A stretch of DNA of 64,000 nucleotides from Callorhinchus milii (taxonomy: Eukaryota), in the NCBI RefSeq assembly GCF_018977255.1, contig NW_024704743.1, positions 45,138,001 through 45,202,000 on the forward strand, in the 5' to 3' direction. Each line of letters opens with the position of its first letter. Positions within the stretch are counted from its first letter, which is position 1. Under the pieces are notes generated by a model, which was not told where the DNA came from, made no database searches, and was given only the letters and a program-made list of their open reading frames with translations. The position numbers were made by a program, and so were the translations under genes. Of this stretch, positions 49,342 through 62,268 are shown one piece after another.

Positions 49342-49711
49342 CTAAAAACAAAAGCAGCAAAATTAGATTCAAAGTTAAGATATCATTCAGTTAATACAGT
49401 ACATATTTAATTGATGATTCCCAAAATGAAACTAAGCAGTAAATCAACTTCATATCATCTAAAATCTAAAACTCACCGATTCAATTCTTGCTTCTAAAAA
49501 TTACCATTAATTAATCTGTCAAATAATGATATTTGGCTAGAAAAAATAAACCAATTATATATGTAAATTAATTTCTTATGTTAAGAACTACCTTTACACT
49601 TTTGTTTCAAAACCTTGGTCTTAAGAGCCAAGCAGTTCAAAATGAGAAATATACAAAATATTAAATGTGTAATTATGTAGTTTTATTACAAACTATTTTT
49701 TCACAACCTAC

Positions 49712-49860
49712 CTCAACATTGTAAAAATATAACGAGGGCTAGCAGCATCTTTGCCACCATGAAGTCTGGTACCAAATTGACCAATGGGCTGCAATAAGCT
49801 TACATTGTTACTTCCTACAAAATTCTGTGCCAGGTTTACAATGGTCATCATAAGTGCTTG
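49712..49860 (-). CDS. TOP2B: TOP2B exon ~20 with the catalytic tyrosine ([11 protein letters not shown]; Tyr codon 49729-49731)
   Basis: cag| and AG|gtagg, 149 nt. [10 protein letters not shown] and KDAASPRY are beta-type (alpha has GEMSL and KDSASPRY). Confidence 0.97.
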
Positions 49861-49892
49861 CTGAAAGAAAATGACAATTCACTTACACAATA

Positions 49893-50545
49893 ATAGCAAC
49901 AACAATAAATTACATTTGTATATCACATTTCACGGCAGAGGACATCCCAAGGGGCTGTACAGTCAGGGATCCACACCAGAGCTGGTGGCTGGGAACAGGA
50001 GGGGTGGGGAGGGTAGGGGTAAGAGGGTGACCAAAGGCACGGTCGAAGAGGGTTTTGAAATGGGTCTTCAAGGAGACGAGGGAGGGGGCGAGGTAGAGGG
50101 ACTGTGGGATGGAGTTCCAGAGGGTGGGGGTAAAGAGGCTGAAGGTTCGCCAGCCAATGGTGGGGCGGGCAAGGCGGGGTACATGAAGCAGGCTGGAGCC
50201 AAATGAGCGGACAGGTTGCTATTGGATTAGCAGGTCACAGAGGTAGGGGAGAGCGAGGTCATGGAGAGCTTTGAGGGCGAGGACCAGGATCTTGATATGT
50301 ATCTTCTGAGTGATGGGGAGCCAGTGGAGCCGGGCAAGGATGAGGGTGATAGGGTCACGGAGCCTGATGCGAATGATCTGCAGCCTGTGGAGGGAGGAGT
50401 TGGGGAGGCCGACAAGTAAGCAGTTTGCGTAGTCAAGCCTGGATGTAAAGAATGCGTGGATGAGGATTTTGGCGGCCTGCTGTGAGAGTCAGTGGTGGAG
50501 CAGAGCAATGTTGCAGAGGTGGGGAAAGGCGAAGTGGGTCATATA
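49893..50545 (-). mobile_element. L2 3' fragment
   Basis: Similar to 28400-29066, with tail at ~49895-49960. Confidence 0.8.
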
Positions 50546-51115
50546 GCACAGAAGTGTATTGCACTACTGAAATACACAAAATATCAAAAAAGTATTAAGA
50601 TAAATAATAGTGTAAGACAGAACTCCAGTCTTCCTTTTCTGAATTAGTCCACATTTCGCTGAACAAGTTATTAATCTCAGCTACATCATCATGGTACAAA
50701 TAGTTGTAAGGCACCACCACAGACGGGAAAATATAAGATACTGCAAGCCTCTTCACAGTATTGGTGAAGATAATAAGAAGTCTGTTATCCTTCTCTTATG
50801 AATGGAAATGGTCTAGACATCTCAGTAAAGGGAAGACATACCTTTAAAAGAAATATATTTTCTCATAAAATACAGTACGTATATATATTATTCTAGACTT
50901 GACTTGTACATTAATCTCACCTAGATACAAGTGCACTCTCTATCCCAAAAAGGAATAAGAAAAGCTTGGGTACATCTATGCAAAACTTGACAGCAGTAAA
51001 TGCAACACATTTAGAATCCTTGCCAATTTAAAGCTTCTATCTATATACATCCATCTTATATCTTGATTTAAACCACAAATGTAGCAAAGATTTTTTTAAA
51101 TATTATTTTGCTTAC

Positions 51116-51237
51116 CTCACCATGGTGATAGGCTGACATTTCGGCCACTGAACCAGCCAATTGAGCCACCTTAACCTCTCGTTTATCATTCCTCTTGAAG
51201 CAAGTAAATAAGACTTTTCGCTGCCCAGGTTTAAAGC
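51116..51237 (-). CDS. TOP2B: TOP2B exon ~19, GFKPGQRKVLF...VKVAQLAGSVAEMSAYHHGE
   Basis: Rare gag| acceptor and |gtaag donor, 122 nt, phase 1-0. Confidence 0.94.
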
Positions 51238-51317
51238 CTCAAATCAAAAACGTATACAAATGTTAACAAGTATTTTACAAATGCAGAAATCCATCGCCAT
51301 GCTTTGAAGTATCCAAA

Positions 51318-51690
51318 GCAACAACAACAGCTTGCATTTTATATAGCGCTTCAAAGAGCTTAACAATGGCAGAATTTGATCCCGATCCAGGGAGGCGATT
51401 GTAGGCATGGTCAAACAGAAAATTCTTCAGGTGTGATCTGAAGATGGAGAATGAGGGGGCAAGGCGAGGGATTGGGGTATGGAGTTTCAGAGTCAAGTTG
51501 AGCGAAATGGGCAGGTAGAGGAGTTGGGTGTGAACAAGTCAGTGAGTTAGGAAGGTACAAGGGCATGAAACGATTTGTAGGTGAGTGTGAGGATCTTGAA
51601 ATCAATTCATTCTACGGCAGGGAGCCAGTGAAGCCTTGCTCCAATGGGGTATTTGGGGTGTGGAGTTTGACACGGAAAAGGATACAGGCG
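51318..51690 (-). mobile_element. L2 3' fragment
   Basis: GATCTTGAAATCAAT and GGGAGCCAGTG hallmarks plus tail. Confidence 0.7.
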
Positions 51691-52842
51691 ACAGAGGGAT
51701 CCAGGTCCTTCCCCAGATGGGCACACCCCGCTTAACTAATTCTGGAAATTAGTAATAATCCTTACGTGTGATTTAGTGCCTTTCACTATTGGGAGGACGT
51801 CTCAAAGCACTTCACCGGATACACTGCAGAATGTGGTGACTGTCTATTTTTTNAAATTCCATTTTGGGCCCGGATCGAATTCCGGATAATCGGGAGTCCA
51901 GTAAGCCAGGGGTTTACTACACTAAAACTTCGAATTGATTGAGAAAATAGCTGAAAAGTATTTAAAGTGTTAGTCGACCTATTAATAAAGCCTAAAAGTG
52001 CAATCCCTATCCATACTTTAGAATAGTGCAAGGCACAGGATAAAATCAAACAAGAGAACAATACAAGAGAGTGGTTGGGGGAGGAGAAAAGAAAAAGCAG
52101 AATCCCTAAGGAAATTAAAATCCATTCTACTCCCTATGCACATTTGGTAACACTCTCACCACTAAATCAGAAGATTATGGATTCTAGCCCAAAGTTAGAA
52201 CTTTGAACGCAAAGTCCGGGCTGACATTCCAATATAGTATTAAGATATTAGAGATATATGCGTTGCATTCTTGGAATGCCATCCAACGGATGAGAGGTTA
52301 AACCAAGATCTCATCAGTCCATTCAGGTGGACATTAAAGGGCCCATGGCACTACTCAAAGAGTGATGGGAGTTTTTCCTGGTGTCCTGGTACCAATAACC
52401 CCCAAATAAAATTGGTCGTTCACTTCATGGCTATTTGTGGGACATTAAGGTGTCCAAATTGATTGCTGCATTAGTCTACAAAATACAGTCACTACACTTT
52501 AATGAATTCTGTTCAGTGCTTTGAGACAACCTTCCAATGTGAAAGGCACTATATCAAATGCAAGGTTTATTAAAAAATGTGGTATGACAATAAAGCTGCC
52601 CAGAAAAAGGCTTTCCTCCATAGACTTGCCACTCATTCATCAAATTGACTTATCATATATAATGTTTTTAAAAAATATTAGAATAAGTATTTGAGTACTA
52701 ACAGATGAAAAACAATGGAATTACCTCAGATCTTTACTACATACAGTGAAAAATGCATTGTCAGGAAAGTGCATCAGTGAAAATGAAGCTCTTACAACAA
52801 TCAGAACAAAGCAAAACAAAACTCATAGTTGCAACTACTTAC

Positions 52843-52957
52843 CGTCAACAAGAGAAGGAATGGATCTTTCATTGTCGGAATTTGAGAAAAGGATTAATTC
52901 CTTGTTGATGAAATCATTGTAGGTCAAGTGTTTTGTTGCTGTTCCATACAAAAATTG
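52843..52957 (-). CDS. TOP2B: TOP2B exon ~18, QFLYGTATKHLTYNDFINKELILFSNSDNERSIPSLVD
   Basis: cag| and G|gtaag, 115 nt. Confidence 0.95.
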
Positions 52958-53040
52958 CTGTAAAACCATATTTTAAAAATGTCACGTCATAAACACAACA
53001 GAATATTAAAAGTAAGTAACTGGAATTCAAGACCACAAAC

Positions 53041-53133
53041 CTCTGGCAGCCCATGCAACCTTCTCTGTCTTCTGTCTTCCATGAAGTTGGTCAGCCATTC
53101 TTTTCGATCATCCACCTTCTTTTTACTGAAAGC
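53041..53133 (-). CDS. TOP2B: TOP2B exon ~17, AFSKKKVDDRKEWLTNFMEDRRQRRLHGLPE
   Basis: cag| and |gtttg, 93 nt. Confidence 0.95.
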
Positions 53134-53333
53134 CTGAAATATTTAAAGTCTTCATTTTGAATTACAGTTTTGCTATACAATTAATTTTGGTTTATTCTGT
53201 ATTTTTAGACATTTATTCTTTCAAACACTGTGGGTAATCAATATCTGATAATCAATGAGGGGGAGGTTGAGGCCAAGACCCAATGTTTCAGATATCAAGA
53301 AGACAAGTGGTTTATTGCTTCAGTTAGCAATCT

Positions 53334-54060
53334 CAACAACAACTTGCATTTATGTAGTGCCCTTCACACAGGGTAGCGTCCCAGAACGCTTGACAGTGGC
53401 AGACGTAACCCCGAGCCGGTGGGAGGGGGAGGTGACCGCAGGCACGGTCGAATAGGAAGGAAGGTCTTCAGGCGCGATGGGGAAGGCACAAGGCAGAGAG
53501 ATAGAGGAAGAGTGTTTCAGAGTTTTAGGGTGTAGTGGCTGAAAGCCCAGCCACCAATGATGGAATGGAGGGCACGAGGGACATGCAGAAGGCTGTAGGT
53601 AGTCGACTGGAGGCAGCGGGTTGTTGGTTAGCAGGTCAGTCCTCGGAGAGATGGGGAGGTGCCAGGGCATGAAGGGATTTGAAAACGAGTGTCAGGATCT
53701 TGAAATCGATCTGTTCGGTGATAGGGAGCCAATGGAGCCTGGCTAGAACTGGTGTGAAGGGGGTACGGAGTTTAGTGAAGGTGAGTATACGCGCGGCAGT
53801 TTTGAATTGGCTGGATCCTATGCATGATGGAGCTGGTGAGACCGGCAAAGAGGGCATTTGAAAAGTCGAGTCAGAAGGTGATGAATGCATAGACGAGTGT
53901 TTCGGCTGGGTCTGTGGTATGATCGGAAGCGGGTAATGTGGCAAACTGGAGGAAGGTAGTCCTGATCATGGAACGGATGTGAGGAAGGCAGGACAGCTGT
54001 GGGTCGAGCCTGATGCCTAGGTTGCGCACTGATTGGGAAAGTCTGAGGGATAGGCCAGGG
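53334..54060 (-). mobile_element. L2 3' fragment
   Basis: VRNLGI..D..L and LHWLPI.EQIDFKIL, plus tail. Confidence 0.85.
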
Positions 54061-55151
54061 AGGTTGAGGAGGGTAGAGCTGCAAGATAGAAGATGTTGAC
54101 GGGAGTATAGCTTCCGTCTTGTCAACATTGACTCACCTCACGAGTCAAAAGGTTGACCAAGGCTGACCTGGCTCCAATGACTCCCCATTCCTCAGAGGAC
54201 AGTTTAAAATCCACATCATTTTTAAAGCCCTCCATCTTGCTCTTCCCTACCTCCGAGACCTGTTAACACCATACCTACCTCAGGGGGCACTGGCTTGCTT
54301 CATGCTCCCCACCCTGCCCCCCACCATAGGGGGCAGCCTTCAGCTTTTCTGTCCCCACCCTCTGGAACTCCATCCTAGAATCCCTCCATCTTGCTTCCTT
54401 CAAATCCCATCTTTCCTAGTTGATCTTGCTTTCGGCCACATTCCCAACCCCCCTCTTGATTCCAACTCCCACTCAAGTCAAAACCTTAACTCTCCAGCAC
54501 CTTGGGATGTCTTTCTGACAGGAAAGGCGCTATATTAATGTAATGTAAGCGGTGCTATTCTTCAGATAAGACATTAAACCATTGGTCAGTCTGACTCAAT
54601 CAAATGAAACAACCCATGACACTATTTGAAGAGAAGGGAGTTTCTCCTTGTGTCCTGGCCAACAATCCTCCAGATAAAATTACTTATTCATCTCATGACT
54701 GTTTTTGTACTTTATCTGCACTCTGTAACACTCTCCCTCAATCCCTCCACTTTGCCCCTCCTTCTTCATCTTCAGGTTGCACCTAAAGATCTTCCACTTC
54801 GACCGTGCTTATGGTCACCTCCCCAGCTTGGCACTGTGCTCTGGCACAAGTCAAGCGCTCTGGACGCTATCCTGTGTGAGGGGTGCTATATAAATGCAAG
54901 TTGTTGTTGCACAAAAAATGCTGTTGTAGTAGAGCTAATACAAAAATGAGAAACTGCACTTAGCAAGTTACAAAAAGAATTTTGAGATTTACAAGAGGTA
55001 TAAAAAAAAATTCTCTTCAATTTTAGGCTTTAAATGTTAAACCAAGTTTGCTCTCCTGGAGAATATTTTAACGAAAATGCCTGAAATAAACATTATAAAA
55101 CAAGTTGAGATGTTCTATGTTACGGTTACACATTCACAACTACATACATAC

Positions 55152-55261
55152 CAAGGTAATTGCAGCATCATCCTCTGGGCCAGCGTACCTAAACATGATC
55201 CGGTGTTTATCCATATCAGCAAAGTATTCCTTTGCCTCTTTTGCTGTGCTGGTACCCAAAC
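55152..55261 (-). CDS. TOP2B: TOP2B exon ~16, GLGTSTAKEAKEYF...EDDAAITL
   Basis: cag| and |gtatg, 110 nt. Confidence 0.95.
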
Positions 55262-55496
55262 CTGTGCAAGACACAATTCATTTGTTACTTCATAGAAATT
55301 TGAAGGTAAATTTCTTACCATTCCTACTTCACATTAACTCTAATGGGTACCTGCAACTGGTGGCAGATAACAACTCCAATTCGAGGGTACAGCACCACTG
55401 CATAAAATAAATTGATTACTGAATTAAAATAAAGCCAAGATTTCTTCCACTTCCAATGCTTTCACATTTTGAGAATTAAGCTTCAATCATACAAAC

Positions 55497-55602
55497 CTTT
55501 GTAGTATTTTATTTTCCAAGATTTCATATTTTCTGAATGTTTTTTCCACTCATCAAATTCAGGAATGCTGTAGAATGCCAACTCTTGTTTGTTTTTGGTA
55601 GC
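55497..55602 (-). CDS. TOP2B: TOP2B exon ~15, ATKNKQELAFYSIPEF...WKIKYYK
   Basis: aag| and G|gtttg, 106 nt. Confidence 0.95.
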
Positions 55603-55709
55603 CTTGTGAAAAAAAATAGGAAATTCATGGTTTGTACTTTTAATTCAACCGACTGCAATAAGAATGAAAATAGTTCCAAGAAGGCTGCAGTTATTGGAGT
55701 TTCACTAAC

Positions 55710-55820
55710 CTTTACAATAGGAGTAATAAATTCCTCTAAGAAATGATGCCTCAGAAGAGATGGCCAGTTGTGATGAATGAAATTTATCAATAAACCTTTG
55801 ATGTGAGAACCATCCTGATC
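55710..55820 (-). CDS. TOP2B: TOP2B exon ~14, DQDGSHIKGLLINFIHHNWPSLL...TPIVK (TOPRIM DxD)
   Basis: tag| and |gttag, 111 nt. Confidence 0.96.
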
Positions 55821-57461
55821 CTATAAAATTTAAATATATGCAGGATCACATAAACTATTTATAATACATCACTATTAGACTTTAGATGCCACAATCAATG
55901 AATTAGTGCTGCACCATTTCACAAAAAAAGATTGCAACTCTTTTCCTTGAAAATAAAATTACACAAAATAATCTATTGATTTTCTCACAAAAAGCTAAAT
56001 GTTATCTCCTGTGTTATACATTTCTATGATTCTACCTCCAGACTTGCATAGGAGTAAAAATCTAGACTGTGATACCTAAGTCCTATCGTGGAGTTTGAAC
56101 CCACAAGCATCCGACTCTTTGAGGCATGAGAGCTACTTACCAAATGAGCCATGCTGACAGGATATTATTAAGTACAATGCAACACCCAAGTGCTTTATAC
56201 TGGCAACATGCCGAGTTATCATGACTACTTTCGTAAGGTACAAGCAAAGTTCATCCTAAAGTGATAACAATATTCCTTAGTGTCAGACTACCTCAGTTAC
56301 TATCACTCTTGCCTGAGCCAGAAGATCACTGCGTATTCACTTTTTGTGGGACACTGTTGAGCTCAAACTGGCTGCCATGTTCATCCACCAAACACAGTCA
56401 TTATACTTCACAGTGTACTCTTTAAAGTGCTTTGAGACATCATACTAATGTGAAAGTTAGACTAATGTTTAATGTCTCATTTGAAGGACCGCACCTCCAA
56501 CAATGCAGCACATCCCCTGCACTGGACTGGATATGGGCTTCATGTCACCAACCCTACAAATGAGCTGGTGGGCTTTCAGCCTTTTTGTCCCTACTCTCTG
56601 GGATTCTATCCCAGAATCCTCAGACTCGCTCCCTCCCTCAACTTGTTCAAAGTCCAACTCAAGACCAATCATTTGGTCATCTTTCCCGTCCCCACCCCTT
56701 CTGCTCCTACCCCCAGATCGGGTGCTCAGCCAGTATTTTTAAGCACTTTGGGACATTCTCCCAACACGAAAGGCACTGAATAAATATGTATTGTATAACA
56801 AAAATAATGCTTTGTTTGTTCTATAGAAGGGATTCAACTGGGGCTTTCATTCTAATATCAATTTGTGGTGAATAGTAATTGGGCCATTATCTTTTTTTCA
56901 CACCCTGAACCTCAAGTTATATAATCTGAGGCCTAATACCAACCGACCAACTTCAGCTTTGCATTTAAAATATGTTGAAAGATATGAAGTCACCAGCACT
57001 GAAATAATAAAACCAAAAGATATTTATCAAATATTAAATAAAAACAGATGCCTACAAGTGAGAAAAATACAATCACACTTTATAAATGAAATCAAAATAA
57101 TTGCAATTACTACAAAGCAACAATCCACATACTTTCATTCAGAAACATTATACAGAACAGCCTCATTATAACTAGAAGTTGGGGTCAATAAACTCCCAAC
57201 TTGCCCTATAATGGGGTATGAAAAAGTAAGTCCTCGGTGAGATCTGCACATTCGAAGAGGTAAGTTTTAAGGCCAGTTTTAAAGACAGGGGGAAAGGCAG
57301 AGGAGTAGAGGTTATGGGCATAGAATCTGAAGACAAGGTACACAAGCCCAAGTAAGTAGAGGGGAGAATAGATGGGTAAGGTAGAATATCAGATATATAG
57401 GGGGTGTTTTTAATTAATTTTCAATTAATTAAAAAATTAAATTTTTAAATTAAATTCTAAC

Positions 57462-57587
57462 CTGGTCAGTCATGATCATTATCTTCCCATAGCGAAGAGA
57501 TTTCAGAGACTCTGCGTCATCATAACTTTTCTTGTACTGCAAACCAACTATCTTGATAATACTGTTGATTTCTGCATTCTCCATTAT
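57462..57587 (-). CDS. TOP2B: TOP2B exon ~13, IMENAEIN...LRYGKIMIMTDQ
   Basis: tag| and |gttag, 126 nt. Confidence 0.96.
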
Positions 57588-58190
57588 CTATATGACAAAA
57601 GACATTCACATTTTATGTTTTTTTGTAAAAAGCAATTTTCAAGCATGCAGTATAAACTTTACAAGATGTACAGTACTTTGAACTCTAGCATTTGTATATG
57701 TACATAAACAATGGGTACATGTACCCATTACAGCAGCCACTGCAACAATTCCATTCGTGAATTATTATGCAAATTATAGCAGGATAAGCAGACATGGGCA
57801 TCTGAACTAATGCACTAATTTCTGGATGAAAATGATACAACTTCAGAAACATTTAATTACATCTTAAATTTTGAGCAATCATGTAATAGTTAAGTAGTTA
57901 AGTTTTTAAATACACATAGGCTGCTGAAACTAAATAGTTTGTCTCACAAACCACACTTTCAAATCCATTATTCCACGAGTACCATTAGATCTGATAGGTT
58001 CCAAAAATATATTCTACATGGAAGTTAGCATACAGCTTAAAAAATTTAGTTATTTTATTTGGAGGTATTCTGGGCTAGTTTGAGGAAAACAAAAAAGAAA
58101 GTGAAAGAACATGTTGTCAGAGACATTGTAATCAGTGTCAGGAATTTTGTCCTTGCTGGTTGGTTTCTCACTCAACACAGCTTGGCATTT

Positions 58191-58815
58191 ACAACAACAA
58201 GATTACATTTTTATATAGCACTTTTCACATCGGGGGGACGTCCCAAGGCGCTGGACAGAGTACAGTATTTCAGACCCGAGCTGGGGTTGGGTGGGTAAGG
58301 GAGGGGAGGGGAAGGGGGGTGGCCAATGTCATGGTCGAAGAGGAGGGTCTTGAGGCGGCACCTGAAGGAGGCTAAGGAGAGGGCGAGGCGGAATGACTGG
58401 GGGATGGAATTCCAGAGATTGGGGGCAGAGTGGCTGAAGACTCTCCTGCCAATGTTGGGGCGGGTGGGGCGGGGGACGTGGAGCAGGCCAGAGCCGGCTG
58501 AGTGGAGGGAACAGGCGGGTTGGTAGGGGGTTAGGAGGTCGCAGAGGTAGGGAGGGGTGAGGCCATGGAGGGCTTTGTATGTGAGGACCAGGATTTTGAA
58601 CTGGATCCTCTGAAAGATAGGGAGCCAGTGGAGTTGAGAGAGAATGGGGGAGATGGGATCATAGAGTTTGGTGCAGGAGAGGACACGGGCTGCAGAGTTC
58701 TGGATTATCTGCAGCCTGTGGAGGGAGGAGTTGGGAAGGCCGACAAGCAGGGAGTTTGCATAGTCGAACCTGGAGGTGATGAAGGCATGAACAAGAGTTT
58801 CAGTGGCCTGAATGA
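58191..58815 (-). mobile_element. L2 3' fragment
   Basis: ETLVHAFITSRFDYANSLL...LHWLPI...FKILVLTYK plus tail. Confidence 0.9.
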
Positions 58816-59727
58816 TATAAAGGACAGTGTTTGCAGAGAAGAAGAAAAGGACTGGGAACAGAACCACAGAAAATTACAGATAATGTGGGGCAAGGCTGTG
58901 GGAGCATTTGAAGCTAACAACGAGGACCTTGAAGTCCATCTCCTGGGAATGGGAGCCTGGTGAGAAAAAACGTGAATTCAGATTGTTTTTGATCATTTTC
59001 GTGTTTTAAAACTAATCAAAATTTAAGAAACAAAACAAGCATGACTGTTTCTTCATACATTATGTCCCTCCAATGTTTACTACTTTAACATATTATTATT
59101 ATTTACAGCTCTACAGCAATAATTGGATAGATCTGTCTTCACAATGTCTGCATCCAGTTTGACAAATGGTGGTAAGACAGTATGTCTGTAACTAGAGAAA
59201 CATATTGGGAGTGAGAAACCATGTCACCATCTGATAATTATACCTTTCAAATTTGGATACCAAATACAGTATAAATCAGGTTTGAGCTGAATTCATTCGT
59301 AGAAGATAATTCTGACAGGACATTGATTTCTTCCATTGCAATACAAATACAGGACTTAAAATTTCTTTAGAAAAAACAATGACAAGTTTATGGATGATCT
59401 ACCAGTAATACTAGCAACATTAAAAACTTACCGGTTATGGATGCTACACATGTGCTTTTCACTAAACCCATCCAATTTAATTTTATAGCAGAAAGTATAA
59501 AACTAAGCGTCTCATGACAAATTACTTTACTGTTGGAAACAAGCTGCCTTTAATTGTTTGCTTTTAAACTAAATTTTAATATTGTGACCAGAACAATCCC
59601 AGTGAGATTGCAGCTTGACTTCCTTATTCACAGAACAGTGTCTTACAAAAACATCCTTAAATGAAACTACGTGAAAGAGAAGCCAAATATAGATGGTTAT
59701 ATTCCATTAAACTGTAAAAAGTCATAC

Positions 59728-59885
59728 CTGCTTGTGTGATGCTTCTCGAACATTGAGAATTTTACCCCTGAGTGGGAACACACCATATCGATCGCGCCCA
59801 ATGACACCTAGACCTGACACAGCCAAAGATTTGGCTGAATCCCCTTCAGTCAGAATTAATGTGCATTCTGAAGAATGTCTGCCAC
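59728..59885 (-). CDS. TOP2B: TOP2B exon ~12, TLILTEGDSAK...FPLRGKILNVREASHKQ (TOPRIM)
   Basis: cag| and |gtatg, 158 nt. EGDSA and PLRGK type IIA topoisomerase motifs. Confidence 0.97.
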
Positions 59886-60039
59886 CTGTATGAGAGATGT
59901 ACATTTCATGCAACTTAAGTAAACTATGCATCAAAATTCTAATAAAAAATTATCGATTCAATTAGTTGGATGAGATTTTTTTTAAAAAATCAATTTCTGA
60001 AAAATGGACTTACTCCAATCCTACACATCTGACTATTCA

Positions 60040-60285
60040 TCCAATAGCTCAGTTGGTAAAATAACTACCCAGTTTAAAATTGAGTCATATAGACAGAAAA
60101 ATCCCAGGTTCAATCCCAGGGCAATGGCATGTTAGCTCATCTCAGGCAGGGTAGCATTACAAGGACTACAGTAGATCTCAGGACCCTGCATTATGGATGA
60201 GGGAGGGCATTGGATAAATAAATAGCAAAGACTCCCAACCCTAATCATTTCCCACTGAATCTGCTAGAAAGTATATGGTCATCAG
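60040..60285 (+). mobile_element. Old tRNA-headed SINE of a third family; antisense fragments at ~20870-21040 and ~41575-41640
   Basis: TAGCTCAGTTGG A-box, GGTTCAATCCC B-box and a GTTAGCT.ATCTCAG body. Confidence 0.55.
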
Positions 60286-60974
60286 AAGAAAAAAAGAATC
60301 AGACTACCCCTTCGTCCTCCTCATTGTACATGACAGACTTACATGATTGGGGGAAAAAATGGATAACAGGCATTTATTTTGCTTTTTCTTGTGATTCTTC
60401 GATTTTTAGCAAGCTTCGACTATAAAAATGCCAGCTTTTGGGTCATGTGTGACTACACAGTGCATCAAGGTTCCATCGTAACATCCTACACATACCATAG
60501 TATGAGTAGCATGCAAGAAGCAACATCAGTGGCGACCTTATAGCCCCAAAGTTGGCCATTTCTATAATTTAAAATATGATTTAAAAAGGTAAAGACATAT
60601 AACCATGGGAATTAATTTTCCTATATTTTGAGAAAATCAGAAAAAACAAATACCAATTTTTAGCAAATAAAATAGGAAAACAGCAAGCCCATTAGCCTCT
60701 GCGCGCACAAACACACACACAAAATTTAGAACTAGATGAAGAATGGTCACTTGAGAAGATACTAAATGCACACTGCAACTATGTGTCCATGCTTAAGACC
60801 ATACACCAGCACACCCCAATGCCATCAGAAATTTATGGGAGGAAGCAGGAGTAAGTAAGTAAGTAAGTAACCACAATTAAACATTTTACAACACTTGAAT
60901 TTGATTTTAATCAAACAGTCACATTTTAATCACCTCTAGTTACTCCAATAAACATAAGAAAAATACTACTATAC

Positions 60975-61113
60975 CTGCATCATTGGCATCATCCAGTTTT
61001 GGAATGCCTTTAATTTTGCTGTGCTTTACTGAGGAACACTTCTTGTTGAGCTGAGTTTGGGCCTTGAATTTAACCCAATTCAGTATACTCTCAACAATGC
61101 CGCAGTTAGTTGC
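60975..61113 (-). CDS. TOP2B: TOP2B exon ~11, ATNCGIVESILNWVKFKAQTQL...IPKLDDANDA
   Basis: cag| and G|gtat, 139 nt. Confidence 0.96.
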
Positions 61114-61279
61114 CTGAAAGAACCAAATACATTTCCCTTTTTTAAAATCAACCTTAAACTATGTACACAAAATTGATAATTTACATTTATATAGCACCCA
61201 TCATGGAGGATATCATCATGGAGATCTTCACAATGACGAGGTCACACACCAAACAAGAGAGAAGGGAGGGGATCATAAG

Positions 61280-62268
61280 TGTGGGGAACCGCTCAGCTGC
61301 CTCTGCCCTTCGTCTATTACCCCATCTCCCCCTAACAACCCGGCCCCGACCCATCCCTCATGCCACACATTCAAACCGGTCTCCCCTCCTCTCTCACCAC
61401 TATAACCCAAATGAAACAGACCACCTGCTCCCTCGACCCCATTCCCATCCTCTACTAACTTCCCAGCTCCACCTCCTTGCCCCTCTTTTCAGACATCATA
61501 AACCTCTCCCTATCCACTAGCACCGTTCCCACCCCTTTAAAAATGGCCGTCATCACTCCTATCCTTAAAAGAAACCCTCCCTGGACCCATTCCTGCTCTC
61601 AAATTACTGTCCCATTTCCAACCTCCCTTTCCTTTCCAAGGTCCTGGAACAAGTCATAGCTTTCCAGCTTTGTTCCTTCCTCTCCTGCCACTCCCTTCAC
61701 AACACCTTCTGTCAGGTTTCCATGGCGCCCACAGAACAGAAACAGCTTTGGTCAAAGTGACAAATGACGTTCTGTCCATCTGCGACCAGAGCTCCTTCTG
61801 CCTCCTTGTCCTCCTTGAGCTCTCTGCTGCCTTCAATACCGTTGATCACTCTATCCTCCTCCACTGCCTCTCCTCTCACCTCAACCTTCATGGTTCTGTC
61901 CAGGGTTCAGATCCTACCTCTCACACCATCTCCACTTCAGCTCCACAAACAGTTTCTCCTCTAGCCCCCACACTGTCTCGTGCAAAGTTTCTCAGGGCTC
62001 CCTCCTGGTTCCCTCCTTTTCAAATATCTAACTCCTCCCCTCACCCTCTGAAGCTTCATCCCACAGTCTCTCTGCCTTGCCCCCTCCCTTGCCTCCTTCA
62101 AAACGCATCTCAAGACCCTCCTCTTCGACTGTGCCTTCGATCACCCTCCTTCCCCCTCTGCCCACCACACTTTCCAATTCCCAGCTCAGGTCCGAAAGAT
62201 TGATTGTCCAGCGCCTTGGGACATCCTCCCAACGTGAAAGACATTATACAAATGTAATTTTTTTGTTA
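61280..62268 (+). mobile_element. Decayed, internally deleted L2
   Basis: [11 protein letters not shown] and SAAFNTVDH, with an L2 tail at ~62210-62268. Confidence 0.85.
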
